From: Macrostomum lignano
Lineage: Eukaryota
Assembly (NCBI GenBank): GCA_002269645.1
Contig: NIVC01000421.1
Span: 1 to 64,000 of the forward strand
Direction: 5' to 3'
DNA: 64,000 bases
A program made the position numbers and the translations under genes. The notes under the pieces were generated by a model that was not told the origin of the DNA, ran no database searches, and saw nothing but the letters and a program-made list of their open reading frames with translations. Below, in pieces: positions 10,966 through 21,560 of this stretch. Numbering within the stretch: position 1 is the first letter of the stretch; every line of letters begins with the position of its first letter.

Positions 10966-13900
10966 ATGAAGTTTATTGTAATTTTCAAAGCTGATAGACA
11001 GGTTGTTGAGGCAAACAAAGAGCATCTGATTCTCCCGGAAGAGTTGGAAAACTTGACAGACTCAGAGTGGCTTGCTTTGAAAGATAGCACTGAGAAATGG
11101 TTCTGCAAGGCACTCTACGAAGGGCAGCACTTTGCTGCAATTATTGTCCAGGTGAGCTTTTTTGTTTATAACTTTATATAGTTACAAGCTTAAGTTATCA
11201 ACGAATTATTGATTTAATTACGACTGCCATTGAGATTAGGGCCGATTTGAAAAAATAAAATTCACCAAATTGCTGCGCGTACAGACATTAACTACTAGCT
11301 GTCGCTGAAGTTCAGTAATTGAGCTCATTTATACACGCATTATAGACCTAATTATATTTCATTTTAGGTTGTGTTAGACGACTCTTTGGATTCACCGGCC
11401 CTTGCATTTGCTCGAGAATTAATCAAGAAAAAAAAGACGCTCAAGGATATTCTAGCTCTCGTGCTTCCACGAGTTTTTTGCAAGAGCGATCAGCGCCAGG
11501 CCCGTCGGTTGTATCAAGGAAGGGTGAGCTTCGTGTTTCTGAATGTCTCAGTGAATAGTGATAAATGAATTCGAGAAGAAGAAGGAGAAATACTATGCTT
11601 ATTCAAATTAGACTAGAAGATTATACACTTTGAATGTACTTAGACCAGAATCCAAATTAAATATTTTCACAGAACCTGTCCAGTGGCTCTGCGTCCGACA
11701 CAGATCACTTCTGGGACGGCCGATCGACTGAGAAGCGGCGCCCGCAACTTCAGCTACCAAATCAACAACTGCCTGAGACATTAGCGACGCTGTGCCCGCT
11801 GCCTGCACACTTGATATCAGGCGGAAATCAGACGGAGCTTTTGGAAAGCGCTGCAGTGCAAGCGGAAGCGAAAGCGGCAGCGGAAGCAAAAGCGGCAGCG
11901 GAAGCGAAAGCGGCAGCGGAAGCGAAAGCGGCAGCGGAAGCGAAAGCGGCAGCGGAAGCGAAAGCGGCAGCGGAAGCGAAAGCGGCAGCGGAAGCAAAAG
12001 CGGCAGCGGAAGCGAAAGCGGCAGCGGAAGCGAAAGCGGCAGCGGAAGCGAAAGCGGCAGCGGAAGCGAAAGCGGCAGCGGAAGCGAAAGCGGCAGCGGA
12101 AGCAAAAGCGGCAGCGGAAGCGAAAGCGGCAGCGGAAGCAAAAGCGGCAGCGGAAGCGAAAGCGGCAGCGGAAGCGAAAGCGGCAGCGGAAGCGAAAGCG
12201 GCAGCGGAAGCAAAAGCGGCAGCGGAAGCGAAAGCGGCAGCGGAAGCGAAAGCGGCAGCGGAAGCGAAAGCGGCAGCGGAAGCGAAAGCGGCAGCGGAAG
12301 TGGAAGCGGATGAGGAAGCAATCACAATAATTGAAGCTGCAGTGATGGCTCCATGGGTCGAAGAGGCAGCAGCCGCAGACATCTCAGCTGTCCCAAAGCC
12401 TTCAGTATTTGGCTTCGGGCCAAGTCCGGTACACGTGCTTCAGCGGCAGATTCAGTCGGTGGTCGACTTTCCTTTAGAAAGTATTCGTGGAATCCTCTTC
12501 GTGCAGCTGTCACTTCTCCGCGAACAAATGGTGAAAAACAGTAAATTGGAAGCCCAACAAAAGCGCTGCCTAGAAGAACTGGCGTCAATTCGCGCAGAGC
12601 TGCACCTGCACCGTCAGTCGACAGCACCGGCTCCACGTTCACCACAGTTCTGGCCCATCAGTAGCTGGCAAGCGTATGTGGAGTTCGTTGAGTTGCAGCC
12701 AACAGAGATGCTTTCAGAAATGGTAAGTTTTGAGCCAGATATTTCAAGCAGATTTTAATCTTAGACTCAAGTTTAGTCCTCAATATTTATATCACCCCTC
12801 TACGAGCGTATTAATTACCTCATTTTAATCTCAACCTCAATTTAGCTAAATTATCGTATTTTTGTCTCATTTTTTTCAATTTCTGCACCCCTCTATGTTA
12901 GACTCGTCTGTTTCATTCTCTTTGCACTCTCCCTGACGACAAGTGACAACACAATCTCAGATAATCACGGATTCAACTATTACTTGTCAACCATATCCGT
13001 TGTTTCTGTCATTATAGAAAACTCTGCTTCTTCTCGCTAAGCGGTCGACAGTGTCAGAGACAGTTCGGACGATGATGGACTCCTGTTTGACTCCCGACCT
13101 ACAGGCAGCTGTCAACTTCAACGGAAGAGATATGCAGAGTCGAGCTCGTCTGGCAGGAGCTAACACAGCTTTGACTGATCAGCATCTGGGCTTTAAAGTA
13201 ATACTCCTGAATTATTTTCAAGGTGAGAATCATTTCATTATGCAATATCATGAGCTTTATGAGACCACTCAAGCGGCATTCAAATAATTCTTAAATAACT
13301 TCGCAGAATTTTCATGCTGCAAATTTTCGTAAATCTGAAAAATAAACTTAAACATGAACTGACTCCTAAATCAGCTACTGTTAGTAGAAATGTAATATTA
13401 TCTAATACCTTAAGAGTTGGAATTTTTCCTAAATCTATCTATAAAACTATAACACACGCAGATGCCATCACGAGCTTATATGCTTTGGACGAAGCCAAGC
13501 CAACACCGGCTAAGGTGCATGATATATGCAAAGACCTGTTGCACCGCGGTACGGACCGTTTAAAAAAGCGGCGTCACCGAGCAAGCCTGGCCAGAGACCC
13601 AGCGGGCACATCTACAGCGGCTGCAGCGGCATATGTCTCTCCAGCTTCAACGGTAATGACACCAGCTGTTGGTGCATTTTCATCGCATCCCGTATCTGCT
13701 ACAGCCACTACACCAGCAACCCCAACTCGACATCGGATCCACGCCACTGCTCACCAGGCGTCCAGCGCAACTGCAGCACCGGTGGACAGCAGAAAGCGTT
13801 CAGCATGTGGTGCAGGTGGGCATGGGTCACAGAAGAATCAGCGTCAGTCGATTGAACGCTTCGCCTATTCCCAGCAGGCCGACAATGTCCCGGACGATGA

Positions 13901-13988
13901 CCAGAATTGCACTAGCTCTAGCGACAGTGATGCAGAAAATTTGATGGATGAATTAAGAGGAAATAGACAGAAATTGTTTCGACTGTGA
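10966..13988 (+). CDS. Spliced transposon accessory gene (ORF2), DUF4806-like C-terminal region, ~707 aa, with (AEAKAA)~24
   Basis: Exons 10966-11151, 11368-11523, 11673-12722, 13018-13222 and 13462-13988 all have GT/AG junctions, and the phases join into one frame (2124 nt). The segment TVSETVRTMMDSCLTPDLQAAVNFNG...ICKDLLHRGTDR resembles DUF4806. The gene is divergent from the transposase across ~350 bp. Confidence 0.75.
11862..12300 (+). repeat. 18-bp coding minisatellite GCGGAAGC(G/A)AAAGCGGCA, ~24 copies
   Basis: Direct reading; translates as AEAKAA in the ORF2 frame. Confidence 0.97.
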
Positions 13989-14031
13989 AAGCAGGGTTAG
14001 ATAATGTTTTGTCCTTAATTTCACTTCGCTT

Positions 14032-14564
14032 CAGGGGCGTAGTCAGAGGGGGGCAAGGGGGCCGTGGCCCCCCCCCAATCACCAACTCTGGCCTTGGCGC
14101 CCCCCCCTAAAAGAAACTGGCGCCCCCCCCCCTAAAAGAAACTGGCGCCCCCCCCCTCTAAAAGAAACTGGCACCCCCCCCCCCTAAAAGAAACTGGCGC
14201 CCCCCTCTAAAAGAAACTGGCGCTCCCCTCTAAAAGAAACTGGCGCCCCCCCTCTAAAAGAAACTGGCGCCCCCCCCTAAAAGAAACTGGCGCCCCCCCT
14301 ATAAGAAACTGGCGCCCCCCTAAAAGAAACTGGCGCCCCCCTAAAAGAAACTGGCGCCCCCCTAAAAGAAACTGGCGCCCCCCTATAAGAAACTGGCGCC
14401 CCCCCCCTATAAGAAACTGGCGCCCCCCTAAAAGAAACTGGCGCCCCCCCCCCCTATAAGAAACTGGCGCTCCCCCCCTAAAAGAAACTGGCGCCCCCCT
14501 ATAAGAAGCTGGCGCCCCCTAACTCACGGCCCCCCCCCAATCAAAATTCCTGGCTACGCCCCTG
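14032..14564. mobile_element. hAT-type MITE with internal ~22-bp minisatellite
   Basis: TIRs CAGGGGCGTAG / CTACGCCCCTG and a perfect 8-bp TSD CTTCGCTT (14024-14031, 14565-14572). The interior is (CTAAAAGAAACTGGCGCCCCCC)~19 with variable C-runs. Confidence 0.9.
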
Positions 14565-15026
14565 CTTCGCTTTGATATGGATTGGTAGATAGTAACATTT
14601 AAATATGCGTTTTTGGCATCTGTGTTCTATTTATATCATTATTCAACATTAAAATCTGATGCTAATCTTAATAATCATTTTAAAATGCGCTACCTTCTTA
14701 GCTTAGCTCCTTGATGTTATTAACGGAGCATAGCCCTTTTCAGTTTTATTAATTATGAACAGTCACTTTAGAAAATGTAACTGTAACTGTAAGATATCAA
14801 AATGATATCAGATTTAAATCGCAAAACTACAATTCCGTTTACAAATTAGGTGAATACAAATTTACGTATTACTTAACCATGAATCGTGGCAGTGTTTCCA
14901 GTATGGAAAATAAAGCGATTGTCCATTTTATATTTCTGATATTATACCTGATTTTCTAATAATGACTATCTTTGAATCTTAGGAAATTGTAGGCTGCAGT
15001 TAACATTAAAATAAAAATTCATTTGA

Positions 15027-15130
15027 AGCAGCAGGGCGGGGGAGCAGCAGGGCGGGGGAGCAGCAGGGCGGGGGAGCAGCAGGGCGGGGGAGCAGCAGGG
15101 CGGGGAGCAGCAGGGCGGGGGAGCAGCAGG
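15027..15130 (+). repeat. 16-bp G-rich minisatellite (AGCAGCAGGGCGGGGG)~6
   Basis: Direct reading. Confidence 0.92.
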
Positions 15131-16451
15131 GTGCAGGCTGGGATCCATTAGTATGGCCCGTGAATACATATACCGGTATTTACTTACTTCCTACTATAAG
15201 TAGAATAAATAGGATATCCCGTTATTATTTATTCGACTGTCGAAAGGGCGCAGGGTAAACGTAGTTGCCCTGACTGGACAAATTGTGCGCCAGGGCGCTA
15301 GACGCGCATCGAAGGGGCGTAGGATAAAATGTATAGTGGGGCGTATATGAATTGCTCCACTGGGAAGGCGACTGTAGGCTACTGTAGGCGAGTTGTAGGC
15401 AAAAGAAATTAAAAAAACAATGGAAAAGACCATGGTTTATTTTCGTTTCTCAAATTCGAATTCAAATCTTAATGAGATAAAAAGTTTTTCAAAGCATTTG
15501 ATTTACTGCAAGTCTGGCTAAGTGATAATAAGTTTATACCGAAACTAACAATCTTATAATATTGTTGAAAAAAACCGCAAACGAAAACAATAAGTTATAG
15601 CTTTAAAAATTAAAAGGCGAACGCTACGCTATCGGGAAAAGCAAGATGCAAAGATAAAACAATAATTTTCTATCGAGTATTGAATACGAGTAGCTCCGAT
15701 TAGCTCGTAGTAAACTTAGCAAATATTAAAATAACGAAGGGAAAAATAAGCTGAAAGCAGAAAAAGCTGTCAAATGGTTTTAATTAAAGCTACTGGCACA
15801 TATTTAAAGTAAAACGCGTTTTTTGACACATTGTAAGGGTTGATAAAATATACATGCACTTTTATTAATAGAGTACTACACTATAAAACACACAATGATT
15901 AATGCAAAAGATAGGGACGAAAAACTAATCTGGACCTTCCAAATCCTACAATGCTTCGAACCCATTCATAATGCTCGTGGCAAATTCAGTTTTCAGACCG
16001 AGAGTTTACGGCGTATAAGACTAATGACACGGGAATTCCACTTTTTGTAATCTCTTTCTCATACTTGCTTTACTTTCCTATGGGAAATTGTAACAGAAAT
16101 GAGGGCAATTTTAAGGACGATTTCAAAAAGATGTGTAAAACACGTGTTAGAAAGAGTAGCTAGCTAATTTGAAGGAATCAGCTGGTATAATTTGTAGCGA
16201 ATGGGGCAGTCAACATTTAAAAATTTAATGAAGAACAGCCAAGTCAAAAGTAAAGAAACTATAACGCAACATAACAATATCAGCAACAAGTCTGCGATTT
16301 TTAGAGTGAGATTAAAAAACGGACGGAACGAAAATTAGCATGCACGATATACCCAACAAGATTCACTAGGCTAGTAAAAACGTTCCATGAAAAAAACTAA
16401 AGCGTCCTTTAAACTCGTAACCTTGCAGTTTATATTGTTTGCGTTCTATCG

Positions 16452-19400
16452 CTAGTAGGTAACGTCGTAATTTTCATGAAATTTGCGCGCTTTCGGGCAA
16501 AGCGTCACCAACGAATTTTGAACCTGCTGCAGCTGCTTGATGATGCTGATCTTAACTGTTGCAGTGCTCTCAGAATAGATGTTCATGCCTCGAAGAAAGT
16601 CATTTCGCTTTACTAGGTTATTTCTCGAGAGATTGTCTAAAGTGCATGGATCTTCCCGTGTCTCCTGTTTGCTTTGTTCAGCTGTTCCAGTACTGCCCTG
16701 TTTGTGCCTTGCCATACGGCAACTGACCAAGTGACGGTCGAACAGCTTCATCAGATATCGAGCGTAGCATCGAACTTCAGTGTCAGAGGGCGGACTATCT
16801 TCGGGAAACTCTCGATCCCACATCATCACAGCGATAGCTTTGAGGCTCCGATTTCGCTTTTCCTCCCATTCGGTTAATGGATCTAGTAAAAAAACAAATA
16901 CGTTGGTAAGATTACTTGCACATTCGTAAAATATAGCAATAGGTTGAAAAAGCACTATACTTGGGATATGTATACTCAATTAGTCAATTTTGAGTATTTT
17001 AAAAAATACAGCATTTTCATTGCATTTTCTCTACTTAAAATTGGAAGGTACAAGTAACCTAGCGTCATTAATCATTGTATTTATTAGGAAAAGCAATGAA
17101 AAAAAGACCAGCGCTTTCAACAGAAAATCTAAAAATACCGAAGGCTCAGACTAAGTTTTAACACAGGGCCCCATACACATAGTAGGACAGTTTCTTTAAA
17201 AAATTATACTAAAAAGCATGGGTTTGCTCACTAGCAAGCAAATTAAATATAATTTTCAAGCACAACAAAGGTGAAAAAACCTACCAGTCAGTACTTCAGT
17301 GAGAAGGTTTGAAGCACCCAAAGGAGAGGAACCGAAGTCTTGCAAGTAAAATAATGGCCTGTCTTTGTACAACGCAGTCTAAAATAGCGTAAAATCAGCA
17401 AATTAACTGAATGCACAAATGCGTGATTAAATAGCATGTAAAATATTACAGCACACATTAATTTAGTCCACAATTAATGTAAAAAATTAAGTAAAACACT
17501 TTTTTAGTATATGGAGATATCTACGAACCTTAAACTTTTGACTCAACTCATTCCATGACTCGAGATCTTCAGAGAATGAAGCACCATCGCGGTAGTTATT
17601 GGAAACTCGGTTTAGAAACTTTTGAAAGAACTGCACAATCTCTAAGCCTTTCCAAAGCCAAGGACTGGGTGATACGCCTTTCACTACCAAGCGCTTTTCC
17701 ACGCTTAAACACTTCTTAAGACAGAGAAGGCACTGCGTCTGTTGATCGTCTAACTGAGCGTGATATCGATACATATAGGCAAGAATTAAGTAGCAAAAAG
17801 CTGTTTTCACGTCGTTTGGACACAGTAGCTCGAGTATTCTGGCAGCCTGCCGAAACTTAAGAATGGCGCCACTTAAAGTGCCGTAGGGTGATTTAGTTGG
17901 GTCTCTAAATGCTTGAATAAATAGTTCAATGCCCACGTGCATGTGAATGAGAGCATAGAGCTCCGTATCAACCAGCTCCGCTCTTTGACACAAATCATAC
18001 GCTTGTTGAAGAATTTTCAGCTTGCCAACGTAATGCGCAACGGTTAAAACAACATCTAAATTGCATTCATCAGCGGGCTTCTCTTCAGTCTTATTAAATT
18101 CATAGGGTAGCACTTCCAGCAGATCCAAAAGTCCAGGGAAATTAACCTGAGCTTTATGCAAGCATAACATCAAGTCCGTAGCGGTCGAATCGACAGTAAC
18201 AATGCTTCGCCCGACGTCTTCTGAATGCTTATCGACGTCTTTCAGCAACAAAGTCACAGAATGAATAAGTTTATAATTAATTTCATAAATACTGTCCACG
18301 GAGAACATTCTATCCAGCTGGTAATAAGCGTTGGATAAATGTTCTTCTAGAAACACGAAAGCAATCCAATCAAGACCTTGTATGCTGGTCTTGTTTTTCT
18401 GGACAATTTCACTAACCCGATTTAAGGACTCAAAAGCCTCGAGCCAGGAGTTTTTCTGCGAAGCCAAGAAGCTCGTTACAACAGAACAAGCTCCTAAAAG
18501 ATACGACACAATCATTTTTCCGATCTGTTCTGACCATGAGTCCCTAAAGTCAGTTTTAACAAATGACGAAGCGTTCTTCTTCTGATGCTCCTCTGAGGCT
18601 TGCAGAATAAAAATAATGCCCTCGTTCACCAACCAAAGTGCAACTAGAAAGACCAGCATTTTGTGATCTTTGGAGAATTGCAACTCGAAGTCTTCATATG
18701 TAATTCTGGCTAAACGACAGAAATCCAGCTTTATACCGAATCCAATATCCAGTAGGTGTGCAGCCTTCTCTTGTTGATGTTTTGCAGAAGACAAAGCTTG
18801 AGTATTCAAATAATGGCGAGTAATGCAGAGAATGCAAAACACCCTGACAGGAATGTCTTCGATGTCCTCATACTTGCGTACTAACTTCTTTAAATATGCA
18901 AGCGATTCTAGTCGGTAGCCATCCAAAAAGTCTTTCGAGTCTTTGATCGTACGTATTATAGTCATCCATGCTGAGCCATCGCTTGAATCAACAGAAGACT
19001 CGAGATTGCTTTTCGGTACCATAGCAGCTTGGATATTTGAAGCGCTACGCACATTGGAGCTCTCATCAGCAGCCTGTGCTCGTACGCTCTTCTCTAAAAA
19101 TCTTCTTTTGATGGCTGAATTCTGAAGAATTTAAGGGAAAATGAAGTAGCATGTTACTAAGCAGGTGAATAAACATGAAGAAATGAAAATAACTATAAAA
19201 AGTATGCAAAACTTACGGCTCTGTCGTACAACTCCTTGCATTTTGCAGAGCTAGTCGAGTCAGAACGCAAATTAGCACCCACGTGAAGAAACTGCAACAA
19301 ATATGTTGCCGTCACTGTTCCCGACTCCAATGCACACTCCAAATCTACAGCTTTCTCAAAGTTCTCAAGAGCCTCTTCCGAAAACATGCCAACACTGTTG

Positions 19401-20706
19401 ACGAGAACTACAGACAGCATTGTGACAGCTGAAGCAGTGAGAGGATCACTTGCGTAGTTACTTCTCAAAACAGACGCGCTTTTCTCTAAGCATGACTTAG
19501 ATAATTCGTACTTCTCTTTCAAAAAATCTCGATTAAGAGCTTTACTGCTGCAATCAAGACCACTCTTCAACGGGCATGTGTCCTCAAAGTGGCTTACTCC
19601 TTCGACATAGTCGGCATAAGCTGTGAAGTAGGAGACAAAATCGACACTATTGTCTTTCAAGCGATTCAGAAGCCGCTTTCCTTGCTCAACCAGCGCCATA
19701 CACTTTTGCGGCAGACGCAACTCTAACAAACAAGCAGCCATGTTCAGAATGGAAGTGATGGACCACCCGTTAGGAATAATGTCTGAATCGATTCGTCGAA
19801 TTAAGCTGGCTTTCTGAGGTCGCCGCTCGATTGCCCCTTCGGAATATTGGAATGCCTTTACGAGGAACTTGTGCTCGTAAATTGTCTTCCTTTTAGCACA
19901 GTTAAACATCAGTCTGCTCATGGTTAGCCTCAAAGAGTTTGCAAGACAAGGGTCGACTGCGACTGCCTTCTGACTGAAGTACTGAGTCGCTAACCAATGG
20001 GCAAATTGGCAATAAGACAACCAATCTGGTTTTTTAGAAGTATCATCGTTCCAGAGTGCGATGTAGCATTTACCTGCAACGTAATGCGCAGTGACAAATG
20101 TTATTGCGCTCTCGAAGCCCTGTTTATCATTGGCTTCCTCTCTTTCTGATTGTCTTTTCTGGCTGGCTTTTGATCAGTGGTTTTTGCCACGCTGGAGTGA
20201 TTGTTCGTTGGTTGTATTTTGTTTTCATTCTCGGTTTCTTGTTTGCTTTGCTCATATTCAAAGTGCTCAGAAGAAATTTTATCAAGGAACTCACTGTACT
20301 GAGAGATCATAACCAATTTATGTTCGCTGGGTGTTTTTAGTTTTGGCTTATTAGCGGGTTGATCCACACTCTCTTGATTTTCGTCGTGTTTTTCTTTCTC
20401 TACTGCTCCAGACTTTGCTTCGTGACCACTGTTTTCCATCGCTGAGTAGAGTAATTTAAACGAGTCACCCAATAAACTCTCGAACTCTTTCAAAAAGCGC
20501 TCTGTTTGAGCATTATTTTGCCGAACTTGATACTCATTTATCAGCATTACAGTGGAAAGAGATTTCTCGAGGAGTCCAGCATCTTTTGAATGATGAACGC
20601 GGTTATACCTGTCTGTCCAGTACTGCAAGTTGAACGCATTCGCAAAATACTGAAGAAACGCAGCCTCTCCATCTTTAATCAATCCTTGATTTAGTTCAGA
20701 AGCCAT
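16452..20706 (-). CDS. TPR-like helical-repeat protein, paralog 1 (~1200 aa if one frameshift is corrected)
   Basis: Exons 20706-19217, 19121-17529, 17378-17285 and 16882-16452, with GT/AG sites and compatible phases. Exon 1 is 1 nt short of frame (shift near 20140-20170). TPR_12/kinesin-light-chain-like motif KFRQAARILELLCPNDVKTAFCYLILAYMY. Confidence 0.75.
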
Positions 20707-21515
20707 CAGCTTTGAAATAAGCTATGAAACCCCAAGTCGCCGATATAATTCTTGATCACGAATTGAACGTCACGAATTAAACGTGAAATCAGTCAGAGAC
20801 TGGTTTCAGAAATTTTTAAATAGAATTTTCATCGATAAACAAAAGCTGAAAGGAATATAAAGAATACGCCAGCTGTATGAAATATAATAAGCATCAAGCA
20901 GTCTCATAGGCAGTAATAAAGTAATTTCCCGTTGCCTATCAAAAAACGCTAGGTATTTCATTTGTAGTGCATCATTATTCATAAAATGCTACTGCATGTA
21001 AGTAGACTAATGCAAACATGCGCAGCAAAACTAAAATTGTGAATCAGGTTACTATTTATAACGAAACTATGAAGCATGTTACTAATTATAATGAGAAGCT
21101 GTATCGTGTTACTATTTATAACGAAAAGAGGAATCATGTTACTATCTACAGTATATCGAAAAGATGAATTATGTTACTAATTTATATTTCGCAAAAGCTG
21201 TGTATAAATACAAGTGAAAAATCCGAGCAAAAATCTCAGACTCAGAGCAACCTTAAAAGGACTTGAGAACATCCAAGAACTGCGAGGCTACATCTCTGTG
21301 AGAAGTAGATACCGTTCGATCGGAAAGCCCTGGTTGGAGCCTTTATTATTTTACTATTGAGAGCCTTGTTATTGCTGGCCGTTACTGATCAGTTGATTTT
21401 AGATTTTTTGAATTGGAGACCCCCTATTCCTAAGGGATTGGTCTACGGACCGATTCCGATACTCTTAGAGGATTATTGATTTGATTCATTTTGGTACCCT
21501 AGAGTAGGGGCACAC

Positions 21516-21518
<3 letters not shown>

Positions 21519-21558
<40 letters not shown>
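21519..21558. repeat. (TC)20 microsatellite flanked by the 8-bp inverted repeat GCACACTA/TAGTGTGC
   Basis: Direct reading. Confidence 0.92.

Positions 21559-21560
<2 letters not shown>

Larger units (their letters stand above)
8653..13988. mobile_element. CACTA/EnSpm-like autonomous element core (transposase plus ORF2, head-to-head); termini not identified
   Basis: Two divergent genes of types that co-occur in CMC elements. No matching TIR pair was found by eye. Confidence 0.7.

Noticed and set aside
11608-12382. Alternative-frame ORFs (LPLPLS, SGSES, AAAFAS repeats); antifreeze or TolA-like horizontal transfer
   Set aside because: They are by-products of the 18-bp array. Only the AEAKAA frame joins the spliced gene, and the similarity to TolA or antifreeze proteins is compositional.
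8200-15140. Terminal inverted repeats of the first CACTA-like element
   Set aside because: Candidate CACAG, CACTG and CCCAG ends had no matching partner, so the boundaries are left uncalled.
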